From Octopus vulgaris (taxonomy: Eukaryota): a stretch of DNA of 64,000 nt. The number at the start of each line of letters is the position of its first letter. Position 1 is the first letter of the stretch. The notes beneath the pieces were generated by a model. The model had not been told where the DNA came from, ran no database searches, and saw only the letters and a program-made list of their open reading frames with translations. The stretch covers positions 74,958,001 to 75,022,000 of the forward strand of contig OX597825.1 of the NCBI GenBank assembly GCA_951406725.2. The letters are read 5' to 3'. A program made the position numbers and the translations under genes. Shown here one piece after another: positions 12,511 through 25,780 of the stretch.

Positions 12511-13455
12511 AGAAACTGAAAGAAGCTCATGGTATACATGTATGTGTGCATGTATATATAATACACACACACATACTGCATGTGTAACTTTGTAAATGCT
12601 TACATTCTCCAGTGAACTATTTGCAACTCAGCAGAGTATTGTACTTGTGGTCACTTATACATCATGGAATCAAGGATAATCTCTGGCCTTATGACCCTAT
12701 AGGATTGTGATACACCTAAGCTATATATATCATCAAAAGCAAATACATTCTTTAGAACTTCATCCACTTATATCACTCTCACTCTCTGCATATGAGCCAT
12801 TGAGGAACCCTTTGCATGGTTGCCCTATCTGCTAGAAATAACAATCAAAGTCACTGAAATCACACTCTGCAATCACAGAAAAGGACACACTGAATCCTCT
12901 GGTCCTGGGCTCACCGCACATTAAAAAGGATGGAATGATCACATTTGGAAAGCTTTCGGTCATTGGTCTGCTCGTTCACAGCTGACTTGGGAGTGAACAA
13001 CAACAATAACTTTATAAGTAATTGTTGAAGTAAAGCTATAGAGTGCTTTATTGTTTTTTTTGCTTTAGCTTTTATTATTTGTGTTAGTTATATTAATTTG
13101 CTAGTAGTAGATTGGCGGTTAGTGAACTTACAAACAAGTCTTAGTCACAGATTACCTCATTATTTCGAAAGAATGCAAATGGTAAAGATACTCTCCATGG
13201 TCATCGAAGTAAAACGAACAACAAGTAAGTTTTCAAAGAAAACTGGTTTACTCTCTTATTAGCAGCTTAAAATTCCAACTCTCTATGCTTGACCACAGAG
13301 CAAGAGTCATGAGTGAAAATTTAAAGAATATATATTATTGTTTATATACATATATTTTATCTTTTACTTGTTTCAATCATTTGACTGTGGCCATGGTGGA
13401 GCACTGCCTTGAAGGGTTTTAGTCGAACAAACTACTGTTCACTATATTTACTTAA

Positions 13456-13905
13456 CCCTTTAGCATTTAAACTGGCCATATCCGGCCAAAATATTCTACT
13501 TGCTTAATGTTCAAACTGGCCAGGTTACCTTACAATACCTTTCTAAATATCAATACCTATTTCTTTACTACCCACAAGGGGCTAAACACAGAGATAGACA
13601 AACAAGGACAAACGAATTAAGTTGATTATATCGACCCAGTGTGTAACTGGTACTTATTTAATTGACTCCGAAAGGATGAAAGGCAAAGTTGACCTCGGCG
13701 GAATTTGAACTCAGAACGTAGCAGCAGATGAAATACCGCTCAGCATTTCGCCCGGCGTACTAATGTTTCTGCCAAATACCCACCTTACAATATCATTCTA
13801 AAAATAATCACATCATTGAAATCTTGAAGTAACAAGGTAAATGCATGATAACCAAAGTGAATAAATAAGGCTTACATATGACAGAATAATATGAATGCTA
13901 AAGAA
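13456..13905. mobile_element. piggyBac-like MITE interrupted by a family A SINE (13555-13785, minus)
   Basis: TTAA|CCCTTTAGCATT ... AATGCTAAAGAA|TTAA; homologous to 43358-43579. The nested SINE is flanked by a long imperfect duplication ACCTTACAATA..TTCTAAA.AT. Confidence 0.75.
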
Positions 13906-13910
13906 TTAAA

Positions 13911-14340
13911 CCCTTTGCTCCCTATGGAGACTAGGCCATTGATGATTTTTCTCCCGTTCTCTCACCTGGGCTGTCTTTTTGGCTTCTGACCAGTTGGATC
14001 CCTACAGCTTTGCAGCTTCCTTTCAGATTTTGCTGCACCACATATATTTCCCTTGTAGAGTGAGGGAAGGAAGACCTTCCTCTCCCAGGTTTTGTTGTTT
14101 CTGAGTTGTCCTTGGTTTTTCGGTACCTGTCCTTTTCTAGGTAGGTATTGGCTCTGTTGGCCCTATACAAACCCATCTTTACTTCTGGGGAAAGGTGGTC
14201 CATATTAGTCTAGCCTCTGCCTTTTGACCTGCCTGGCATAGGAGACCCTACCAGGAGCTTCCACTCTGCTGGTATAACTTTCAGGGTCATTGATGCACAT
14301 AAATCATCAATTGCAACAAGGACTGGACCTTGTAGGGAGA
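13911..14340 (-). mobile_element. Probable internally deleted (5'+3' end) RTE-derived element
   Basis: The right part resembles RTE 5'UTR sequence and the left part a degenerate RTE C-terminus/3' end (from memory). The ORF at 13931-14203 is degenerate. Confidence 0.5.
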
Positions 14341-14385
14341 ACTATTGACTATAGAAACCAGATATTTCTAAGAAAGGGTATTTGT

Positions 14386-14815
14386 GTTTTTTTTTTTTTT
14401 TTTTTTTTGGTAGGGGTCTACGCAAAGGAGCAATGTGCATGGTCTATCCAAGGCCACTGAAATTGGTGAGTTTGATATCATTAATGCTCTAACTTAAGCT
14501 GGTGTAATTCAACGCTTAGCAGGAAAGACACGAGCAAGGAGGAGAGTTTCAGAGGATGGATGCTTAGGGAAAGAAGGACTGAGCCTAATGAGTAGAAAGG
14601 ACACATCAAGGGAGATGAGAAATGAGTATGGATTGCTTGAATGGAGTTGGCTTGAGACTTGTCAGCTTCAAGGAGTAGAGGTCATTGATGTTATAGTAAA
14701 AAAGGCAGAAAGAGATGGTGCATCTGTGAGCCGAAGGAACAGGAATGTGTCTGTGATGTTATGCCAGTTGGTAAAGTGGTGCTTTTGGATGTGGTCTAGT
14801 TCGACACCTAGTTCA
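14386..14815 (-). mobile_element. Degenerate CR1/Jockey-group LINE 3' end with poly(A)
   Basis: Minus-strand remnants LDHIQK..AHRC..QSFFP..RVFP across frameshifts; poly-T at 14386-14408 is the tail. A similar remnant lies at ~44880-45115(+). Confidence 0.55.
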
Positions 14816-15615
14816 TTGAATCTCTATTTTTAATGAAAATATGAATGAATGAAAGAAAGAAGATAGAATTTTAGATTAGTCTAGGAGCCTTTCGATCTAG
14901 ATATTGAACAGAAAAAGAAACAAAATATGTTATGTGGAGATAATTACAATGTAACTATTAATAATATATATATAGACTCACAAACACATATGTATGCATA
15001 TATACATATGTATTTACATATGCATATATGTATGATATATGCATATCTATGCATGTCTATATGCATGTATATACTTATGCATGTGTATATATGTATGCAT
15101 ATATATGTATACACACACATACATACATACATACACATGTGTATATGCATCCATGCACACATTCAAAGAGAAACAAATATTAGCCAGAAAATATCAATCG
15201 ATGAATTTATGTATGCTTTTAATGTTTTTTTTATGCTGGAAGACAAAATATTCTATGAATTTTGAATAATTGCATTTGAATTGCTTGAGCATGTGTCATT
15301 AAAGCTGGATACTCTTCAATGACATTGAAACAGTGTCTTCCTAGCCATATTATGTAATATTCTTTGTATTGGAACTGGCACCATGTCTGCAATAGGAATT
15401 TTCATCTGTAACCCCAATAGCTTTAAAATCCCAAAGATTGTGCTGGCAAAAGAAAATGAACTTAGAATTATTCAAATTATGCATCTGTGTGTAAATCTTT
15501 TCAAATTAGACTTTATCTCTTATAGAAATTGGAAAAAATATATTTAAAAGAAATTTCCAATTCTCTCTCTTTTTCCTTCTTTTTTGTTTGTTTATTTGTG
15601 TGATATATATATCAT

Positions 15616-15670
<55 letters not shown>

Positions 15671-17606
15671 AGGTTTGTATGATTGTGTATAGAGGGATAT
15701 ATATTATTCAAAGAAATTCCAATTCTGTCTGTTCTTTATGTTTTATTTATATTCTTTATAATATTAATGTAGAATATATAGTATAAATAATATAGATATA
15801 GTAAAATGAAATGAAGTATTGATTGTCTTATTGAATAGATGAAATTTTGAATATAAAATATTAAGGTACTAGTATACTTTCATGTGTTATAGCAGTCTTC
15901 AAGGTCCCAGGTTGTGACAGGAGTCTTATATATATATATATATAATAGTAAATTTGATCGAATTTTTGAAATGGTTTTTTGTTGAATTATTTAGCTATTG
16001 CTCTTTACTAGTAATCAAAGAACAGATTATAAATAATGCTTTAAACTGATATTAAAATGCTGGCATGGTTCTAAGGTTAAGAAGCTTGCTTCCCAACCAT
16101 CTGGTTTTAGCTTCACTCCCACTGTGTAGTGACTTGAGCAAGTGTCTTCTACTACAGCCCTGAGCTAACCAAAAAACTCAGAGGTATCATCATTTAATGT
16201 CCATTTTCCATACTGGCATAGATTGGGTAGTTTGACAGGATTTAGCAAGCCACTAGGCTATGCTGAGCTCCAGTGTCAGCTTTGGCATATTTTCTGTCAA
16301 GAAATGAGGAGGTCAAATTAATTTTTGAACTGTGTACAAGCTCAAAATTTAGTACATTTTCATGTGTATAGCATTGTCATTTTCATGTTTGCTTTTTCTC
16401 TATCAATATGGCTTGGAAGAAACTTTTTGAGGTGGTATTTTATGGTTGGAGGGCCCTTCTTGTTGCGAACCCTTATGTTTTCAAGTAAGGTACCTTTATT
16501 CCACTGGTCTTCACACATTGAAGCTGCCAAAATACAGGATTTGTTTACAAGATACATAAACAGGAACTAACCACCACTCAAATACTGTTTATGTGAAGAC
16601 ATGAAGACACTAAACATTCACCTGTTTTCTTATATAATTTTAAAAAAGAAACAGTTGGTAGTGACTCTGAAATTTCACCTACTTGGATTCATCACGCTGT
16701 TAGGAAAATCGTTTTCCAAGCCTTATATATAACCGTTTCTTTGATGAAGCAGTATGATTGCAAAGAAGGTGTAATATAATAGTGTAATTTTGTAGTGTAT
16801 AAAGAAAAGCAAATGGAAATACTGAAACTAGAGAGGAAGAAAAGGCAGTGGACAAATGAGGAGAAATAGAAAAAGAGAAGGAAGTAAAAGATAAATGTTT
16901 AAGTGGTGGTGGAAAGGAAAACCCCGAGTTCAAAATAATTTTAGTCCTTCTCATTGGCTTATTACATTAACTAGGTTTATACTACTATTAGCTGTTCTTC
17001 ATGCAGAAGGTTTCCCTGGAAAATTTCCCATTGTCATGAATGAAACTGTAGTTTATTTGTTTGTACTCCTTTTTTTGACTATTTCATGAATGAAGATTAA
17101 CTTCATGTCTGTACATTCCTCTCTCCTCTCACTCTTACTTAATCTCTTACTCCCACTTTCTTGCCCCCCACCCCAATGCCTCTCAGCCAGACTCTGTATT
17201 TCCTTTCTATATTAAAGTTATCTTCTGTACTTCTCTCTCTTTCTCCCTCTCTCTCTGACATCTCAATGATTTTTCCTAAAATGATTTTTCCCAAACACTT
17301 CTAACTTCAAAAGTCTACAAAAAGTTCCTGTTCATTTTCATTGAATGTTATTCATCTTCATCTTCAATTTGGTTTTTCTTTTATCATTGTCATCACATAG
17401 CAGTTTGTGCATGCATGCTTGTATGTGTACGTGTTTATTTGAATGTATATTCAGGACCAGAGAAAATCGGTTAAAAAAACCCCTAAAAACCTAACTCAGA
17501 AAATAAGTACCTATTTCCTGCAGGTGGGCTAACGCGGTATCATCTAATTCTGTCAGTATTTCCCATTTTACACCTCTATCCAAGGGCACCTGCAATAATA
17601 ATAATA

Positions 17607-17958
17607 ATGAGCACTCAGAGCACAAACCTCCACCAAAGCAACACCAATGTCCTCTCAAGGAGATGATTTTTAAAATGCGAATATCTGAAATGAACTCGAT
17701 AGCTCTCACAAACAAGAATATAATAAATGAACTCGACCACTCTCAAAAATTAAAAAAAATGGTAAAATAATCCAGAATCCTTGTCTGGTACTGGATCGAT
17801 CTCAAAATCTAATCAGTTCATGCCTGTCACGAGGCCAAACATCCCTGAAAATTTCATCCAAATCCATCCAGCAGTTCTTGAAATATCTTGTCCACGGACA
17901 AACAAACAAACAAACATTACTGAAAACAATACCTCTGCCTTTGCTAAGGTGGAGGTAA
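17607..17958 (-). mobile_element. Non-autonomous Helentron/DINE-1-like (HINE) element
   Basis: Reverse complement of 29725-30092; ACCTCTGCCTT-TGCT-AAGGTGGAGGT hairpin, (ACAA)n microsatellite and subterminal inverted repeat. Confidence 0.7.
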
Positions 17959-18182
17959 TAATAATGGTTTCAAATTTTGTCACAAGGCCAGCAATTTGGG
18001 AGGGGGAGGGGCAAGTTGATTACATCAAACTCAATGCTTGACTGGTACTTATTTTATCAACCCTGAAAGGAAGAAAGGCAAAGTTGACCATAACAGAATT
18101 TGAACTCGGAAAGAAGCTGGAAGAAATGTTACTAAACATTTTTTTCTGACAAGTTAACAATTCTGCCAGGTTGACACCTTCA

Positions 18183-18226
<44 letters not shown>

Positions 18227-19649
18227 CCTGTCTAATATAAGCACAGGGTCTGAAAGTTTTGGGGAAGCGGTAGTTCAATACAATGACCCCCAGTGTTCAA
18301 CTGATACTCATTTTATCAACTCTCAAAAGGATGAAAGGCAGAGTTGACCTTTGGCCAAACTTGAACTTAGTATACATTAAGCTGGAACAAATGCCATTAA
18401 GCTTTTTTTTTCCAGCATGGCAATGATTCTGCCAGCTTGTTGGCTCAATAATAGTTATGTATATTTTTTATGTCTTGCAAGTACTTGGTCACCCTATCAG
18501 TGCAGGTGCCACTTAACAGCATCCAGTCCACACTGTAAAGTGGTTGGTTTTCGGAAGGGCATCCAACTGTAAAAACCTTGCCAAAACTGACCTCACCTGT
18601 GCTTGTGCCATGTAAAATGCACTAAGTCCACTCTGCTGAGTGGTGATGTTAAGAAGGGCATCAAACTGTAGAAATCTTCCCAAAACTGTCACAGAAGTCT
18701 GATGCAGGCTTCGGCCTGGTCGGCTCTTGTGGAACCATCCCACCCATGCTAGCATGGAAGATGGACGTTAAACGATGATGATGATAATAATGCTGATAAT
18801 GATGATCATGATAGAAATCATGGCCAGTGACTGATAGGTGAGCAACATATTGGTTTTATCCTGTATTTACTAACTTGTTCTAGGTTCAATTTTAACCAAC
18901 AAATTTAATAAAAAAAAAACAAAAAATTTCCAGGCAGTAGTAAACCTAAAACACTTGGAAATTCTGATATCCAAACCATTGAATTTCAACCAGTTTCTGC
19001 TAATAACATCAAATGAACAACAAAATGCTAATATATATAAATGAATAAAGAAATGCATAAATCAATGAGTTCAATAATCTGATAACTTAAATGCCAATAA
19101 GATTTAAATACTATTAAAATATCCAAATATTTTGATAGCATTTAAATGAATTACCTTATTGTCTATTTCTAATCTTATTTTCTGTTTCACCATCCTCCAA
19201 GGTATTCATTTTTAACTTATCTATTAATTATTTTTGTTTTCCATTTTTTTCTTCTCTTTTTGCTTTTCCTTTTCCAAAGATATCTGCAAGACAAATTGTT
19301 TTTTAATTTTATTTTACTTTAGAACAGATTGTCTTTTAAAAGAGTAACAATAGCTCTTGTCTTATGTTTCCAAATGAGACTTGAATGTTATCTGCTGTTC
19401 ACACACTCATATATCATGTGTCCTACTCTGTCTTACTGTGTGTATGTGTGTGTTGTGTGTGTGTGTAAGTGAAGGCGACTTAAAATCAGATTTAGCCAAG
19501 TGGGTGGATTTAGCATTCATCTTTGTTGAATATGAGTTTATATTTGGACTGATATTATGTTACCTAGTTGTACGGTTTAAATATTGGTTATCTTTTAAGC
19601 ATTGTTCATTAAAGGGTGTGTAGCAATGTAACTTAAAATACTCTTCTAT

Positions 19650-20245
19650 GTTTATTGGGGGAAATATCCTAATCAGTGGCACTGTCTTTTCACCTCCTAC
19701 TTTTGACGAGTCATTGTGCATTCTTCTTTGGCATCTGTCTATATTGAGAGACAATGGTGTTTTGCATCACTGATCACTTAGGGTTTGGCTGCATGCCAAC
19801 TCTGTAGGGACCTTTCTGTGCTGTTGCTGCTGCTTTTCAAAACATCACTGAAGTAATATGTCTTGAGTGCAAACCTGGGTAGGGTATACATAGATTCTGG
19901 GTTGCTCATATACTGGAACCACTCCCTTTTCTTGACCTTACTGGTGTAGTCCGAAAAGTGTAGAACAGTACATTTGACACTAGTTTGGCTACAGGAGTTA
20001 CCAAAAGACCATCAGACTACCTCAGGGACTCCATTCCAGATTTATTTTAAGCTTTGTTCCCTGGTCTCTGCCTCACGAAACAGTGAAGCTATTTATCCAT
20101 AACTGGGACTCTGCAACACTGGACAGGGACCCACATCAGATATTATCAGCTGGAGTCAGCTGAGCCTGAGATTTGTGTTAAGTAGGGTCAACATGCCCTA
20201 TCGTAGTGACTAGCTCACAACCTGAAACCACTATACTGTGGCTTG
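19650..20245 (-). mobile_element. Possible very old RTE-like 5' region remnant
   Basis: Block more GC-rich than its surroundings with weak remembered similarity to RTE 5' regions; no translatable motif confirmed. Confidence 0.25.
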
Positions 20246-20479
20246 AATCTTTCTTTTTTTTTTTCTTTTTTTAAATCTTTTGTATTTTGATCAGCACCCC
20301 AAAATATCAACCTATTGGCTGAATGATTTACAGTTATGTTGTCACTGGAACATAACTGTACTTGAATGCATAGTTACATAGCAAACAGGCAGCTTTGTCT
20401 ACCATAATCTAAATAGGTACATGATGTAGTGCAGGTCAGTGCAATATAAATGGCAATTATTTTACTAGTTTCCAGAGTA

Positions 20480-20644
20480 GGCGCAGGAGTGGCTGTGTGG
20501 TAAGTAGCTTGCTAACCAACCACATGGTTCCGGATTCAGTCCCACTGCATGGCACCTTGGGCAAGTACCTTCTACTATAGCCCCAGGCCGACCAATGCCT
20601 TGTGAGTGGATTTGGTAGACGGAAACTGAAAGAAGCCCGTCGTA

Positions 20645-20685
<41 letters not shown>

Positions 20686-20894
20686 GTGTGTGTCTGTGTT
20701 TGTCCCCCCAACATTGCTTGACAACCGATGCTGGTGTGTTTACGTCCCTGTTACTTAGCGGTTCGGCAAAAGAGACCGATAGAATAAGTACTGGGCTTAC
20801 AAAAGAATAAGTCCCGGGGTCGAGTTGCTTGACTAAAGGCGGTGCTCCAGCATGGCCGCAGTCAAATGACTGAAACAAGTAAAAGAGTAAAGAG
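20480..20894 (+). mobile_element. SINE family B full-length copy
   Basis: GGCGCAGGAGTGGCTGTGTGG head to (GAGTAAA)n tail; flanking AGAGTAG duplication. Confidence 0.9.
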
Positions 20895-20965
20895 AGAGTA
20901 GAAATTAAAATTTACCAGCTTAAAAATTTATATGAGTAGATGCGAGAATAGAAATGATGGCGGTA

Positions 20966-21372
20966 CAGGTATGCCTGTGTGGTTAAGAAGCTTAGGATTC
21001 TTCTATCCTACTGTGTAGCACCTTGGGTATGTCTTCTATTTTAGCCCTGATCAACCAAAGCGTTGTGAATGGATTTTGGAGATGGAAAGTAAAACACATA
21101 CACATGCAGTGTGTGTGTGTGTGTATGTGCCCCTGTCTTGACATCCCATGATTGTCGTAAATGACCATCACTATTATACTAGCAATGTTTGTTTCTCATC
21201 TTCTGTGAAAAACTTGTGTTCCCATGGGGAAATATTACCTTGCTTGGGAATAGGTGAGGGTTAGCAACAGGAAGGGCATCCTGCCATAGAAAAAAATCTG
21301 CTTCAACACATTCTTTCTGACCCATGCAGACATGGAACAGTGGACATTAAATGACGATGATTATGATGATGA
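20966..21372 (+). mobile_element. Hybrid SINE: family B head/core with family D-type (GAT)n tail
   Basis: B-type head (GCACCTTGGG..GTCTTCT) joined to CAGGAAGGGCATCC...CCCATGC..CATGGAA..GTGGACATTAAATGACGATGAT. Same architecture at ~30130-30500 and ~62120-62430. Confidence 0.6.
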
Positions 21373-21810
21373 TTTTATTAAAATAAAGCTAAAACAAATT
21401 TAGAGTACCGATCTAATTTTACCCCATCACTTTACTAATTCACTTTACTAATTCTTTACTAATTCACTATATTGCAAAATATACTTGATAATCGTCACTC
21501 GAGGAATAGCCTGCTTCACTGTCTGACTATTGCAACACCACTACTCTATTGCTACAATACTTAGTGTTACGGCATTGCTTCAGTTACTGCAATGCTGTTC
21601 TATTATAACTGAAGAATTATAGCCATTATTGCAGCACTGTTGCATAACTGCAGCATTGCTACAATGCCATGATACAAATCCACTATGTGACATTAGTTCA
21701 GTATTAGTAAGCTTAACATTATTATGTGTTATGACCAGCTTATCACTGCACTAGTCTGATACAGGGTCACTATTATTATTATTAAGTGTTGTGCTACATA
21801 TGTCACCACT

Positions 21811-21980
21811 GTACTAATTTGACTTGGGACACTAGTGCAGTACAGCAACACTTCTGCAGTCCCATAGTACTAATCTGATAGTGATACTAGAGCGCTACAG
21901 TAACCTTTCTTCAGTCCAACAGCATTTGTCTGATATAGTGACTCCAGCCTAGAGCAGTAACACTACTCCAGTCCAACATC
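21811..21980 (+). repeat. Diverged ~56-bp minisatellite, three units
   Basis: Units GTACTAAT(T/C)TGA...ACTAG...TACAG(C/T)AAC..TTCT.CAGTCC(C/A)A recur three times, inside a larger ACT/TAC/CAG-rich low-complexity zone. Confidence 0.55.
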
Positions 21981-22442
21981 ATTTTTTTTTTTTTTTAGAA
22001 TCTTTGGTTCTAAAGCTTTTCTGGTTTATTGAATTTTTTCCAAACAAGGTGTGGTTACCTTGGTCAACACATTTAAGTTAAATGAATATTAAATGAAATA
22101 TAAGTATCTGTACATTAGTATAAACAACGATTTAAAATTTTGGGGGAAGGGTTAAGTCAATTACGACACCAGTGCTCAATTGGTACTTAGTTTATTGATT
22201 CTGAAAGGTTAAAAGGCAAAGTCAACCTTGGCAGAAATTGAACTCAGTTCATAAAGATGGGCAAAATGCCACCAAACATTTTGCCCAGCTGGCTGCTGAT
22301 TCAGCCAGCTCACCACCGTCATTAGTATAAATAATACAAATTTATTAACACCATACTGTGCATGGTACTAGTAAACTAGTCTGATGGCCACAAGAATTTG
22401 AAGTTCCTGTTTGTAAATTAGAGCAGATTATAAAAGGTTCGT

Positions 22443-22712
22443 GGAGATGCGTGGTTTAGTGGTTAGGGTGTCAGCATCATGATCGTAAGATTGTGGTTTC
22501 GATCCCTGGACCAGGATACACGTTGTGTTCTTGAGCAAAACATTTCATTTCACATTGCTCCGGTCCACTCAGCTGGCAAAAATGAGTAATGCTGTGATGG
22601 ACTGGTGTCCCGTCCAGCTGGGGAACACATACGCCATTGAAACTAGGAAACTGGGCCCATGAGCTGGCTAGGCTTTAAAAGGACACATTTATTATTATTA
22701 TTATTATTATTA
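22443..22712 (+). mobile_element. tRNA-derived SINE family C (V-domain-like)
   Basis: A box TGGTTTAGTGG, B box GTTTCGATCCC, central GTGATGGACTGGTGTCCCGTCCAG (V-SINE-like, from memory) and (ATT)n tail. Flanked by a TTATAAAAGGTTC duplication. Confidence 0.8.
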
Positions 22713-24504
22713 TAAAAGGTTCCAGACCATCAGTGTTCAGAAAGTTGGTGATAAACCTGTAGTAGTTTGGCACGGCAACACCAGTCAAGTGCAACATTGG
22801 TCCAGTCCAATAGAACTACTATAGTGTAATACTAGTATGTCACTATATTTGTACTGTAGAGCTGTTTCGACTGTAGCATTGTCTACTTTCATACTGTGAT
22901 ACTACTACAACACTATGATGCAAATAAGTTGGGTTTTTTTTAAACCCCAGGCTGCAAGTTGTGCAGACATGTGAGCAAGAGAGAGAGAGATTTTACAGCT
23001 GATTCTAGCTGGTCAAAGTGACCATGTATAGATTTCCTCATTAGCATGACACTACTAAATTATTTATTTAGTCCTTATGGTTGATCAAGCAACTGTATTA
23101 AAGGCATTCCAGAAGTGATCAGCCTGTGTTTTTGCATTTTTTTTTTATCACACACAATTATATTTTTTATCACACACATTATATTATAATGTGTACTTTG
23201 CATCCCGTTTTTTTTTTTTTTTTTTTTTAAGACAGCAGGTTGTAATCTTTAGGGAAACTTGGCTGCTATTTCTAATAGTTTGAGCAATCGTGAAGAGGTG
23301 TTCTTCAATGGCTTGACAGTACTACAATGTTTGTTGTTTGCTTTAAAAACCAGTAACACAGCAGTACTTAACACACTACTGCTCCTAAAGTTTTACAACA
23401 GTATATACAGCAGTTCAGGTGCATGGCCTAGAGGTTAGGTATGTTGCACTCATGAATGTCAGATTGTGGTTTCAATTTCCAGGCTGGCTGTGCATTGTGT
23501 TCTTGAGCAAAACAGTTCATTTCATGTTGTTACAGTCTACTCAGCTGTAAATGGATGAACCCTGTGATGGACTAGTCTTCTGACAGGAGGAACATTGGCC
23601 TGCTTTCCTAACTAACAATGTGGCATCATTCAAAAGCTGAAATGGTCCAAAGCACATCGTCCAAAGTGATCGTCTGGTCAATCATGTGATAGTAAGCAGT
23701 GGTAGCATAATAACCTTACCATGATGCACCACTGGTATCTCTTACATAATTCTAATACTGTTATATTAATACTAGCATAACCCTACTGTATTACATCTAT
23801 ATACACAACAGTATGTGTAGATGGATATCGGTCTCGGTTTTCAGCTGTGAGTTTGTAGTTTCTTTTATTAATTGAATTTCCAAGCTCGTTGAATTAGTAA
23901 GTGGCTGAGTATTCCACAGACATGTGTAGTTATAACAATTCTTCGGTGCAATCAATTTGATATGCATATGAAGACTGGACCTTTTGGATTACTGGCATAA
24001 TTCATCTGACGGGATTCTAAACTGTTTCCGTCTACCCAATTTTGCCCACAGGGTTTGGGGTTGCCCCAAGGCAATAGAAAATAACATTTGGCTAAGATGC
24101 CAAATAACAGGATTGAACATTTGACCTCATGTTTGCAAAATACATTTTAACTACTTTGTCATACTGTATCTGTCCATGTATGTGTCTGTCTATCATGTCA
24201 TATATAAGTGCTTATTCATCTTTTGTCTCTCTCTCTCTTTCTCTCCCCTCTCCTCTGTGTGTTTGATGTACATTCCCATTTACAAAAAAAAAAAAAACAA
24301 CCCAAAAGTCATGAATAACTGGGAGAACAATTTAAGATAAAGTACACAATAAATAAGCTAGATATTGGAAAGGTCTATTTAAATATTGGTTCTTACAAGA
24401 ATAATCATAGTTACCACTTTTTAAAATTTTCTGAGTGGATTCCAAAAAGAAGACTACACCTAACTAGTCTTGTAAGAGTCATCATTTTAATATGTGAACA
24501 AATA

Positions 24505-24760
24505 TTGACTTCTGTGCCGGTGGCACGTAAAAAGCACCAACCAATCGTGACTGCTGCCAGCCTCCCCTGGCACCTGTGCCGGTGGCACGTAAAAACCACC
24601 CACTACACTCACGGAGTGGTTGGCATTAGGAAGGGCATCCAGCTGTAGAAACACTGCCAGATCAGACTGGAGCCTGGTGCAGCCCCCTGGCTTCCCAGAC
24701 CCTGGTTGAACCGTCCAACCCATGCTAGCATGGAAAATGGACGTTATATGATGATGATGA
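24505..24760 (+). mobile_element. Retroposon family D ending in (GAT)n, probably RTE-mobilised
   Basis: GTGGTTGGCATTAGGAAGGGCATCCAGCTGTAGAAA...CCCATGCTAGCATGGAAAATGGACGTT(GAT)n. Copies at 18475-18790(+), 31962-32570(-), 41130-41335(+), 51842-52015(-), 54512-54655(-) and 63803-64000(-). Confidence 0.78.
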
Positions 24761-24764
24761 TTTA

Positions 24765-24815
<51 letters not shown>

Positions 24816-25524
24816 TTGTGAAGACACATGGCCTTGTGGTTAGGATGTTGCACTCTCAATCACTTAATACCTACGTCTGTCCTTGTTTGTCCCCTCTATG
24901 TTTAGCCCCTTGTGGGCAATAAAGAAATAGGTTGGTAGCAGGATGGACATCTGGTCATAGTGTCTAAAAAAGCACTTGTCCAACTCATGGCAATGTAGAA
25001 AAGTGAGTGTAAAATGATAATGATGATGGATACATGTATATAGTATAACCCAACCAACCGTACAATAAAGCAATGACATTTCCTCTTGATCAAAGCTAAC
25101 CTGGGGCTATGCAACAACAGCGATATTTCCGCAATTGCAACGCTACTGTACAAATAATACTAACAGTTGATAATACTGCAGAGTTTAAATAAGAGAACAA
25201 ACCATTGCAGTAGAGCAACAGAAGACGTTACATAGCTGTGCATAGCATACCAGACCATGCTGCCATACCGTACAACAAGAGCTGTTACTTAACTGCAAAA
25301 TGCAATACCAGTTTTTTTTTTTTTTTTTGCTACTATTACTACTCTCCTCACCGTCTTTACTTCTACCGTAACAATAGTCTATGTATTACATGTATACATG
25401 CACTATATATATTTGATAAAAAGTCTGGTTGGTCAAGTCTGGAACACTTTTGATCATTTTGTTTGCTTATTCAGGGCTGTTTAGGAGCTAGCTACTCAAC
25501 AACAACTTGCTGCACCACCACCAT

Positions 25525-25566
<42 letters not shown>

Positions 25567-25710
25567 CACCACCACCACTGCTGCTACTACTACTACTACT
25601 GCTGCTGCTACAATATGCTAACCACAGCAAAACCTCTTAGAATCTGTAACCATATTATAACAACAGTAATAGTTATATTTAAGTGATACAATGATTACAG
25701 TGAAGCTGTA

Positions 25711-25780
25711 TCATACCATATGATATAATACTGTGCTATATCATACCATATGATATAATACTGTGCTATATCATACCATA
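25711..25780 (+). repeat. 30-bp tandem duplication (TCATACCATATGATATAATACTGTGCTATA x2.3)
   Basis: Exact repeat visible. Confidence 0.92.
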
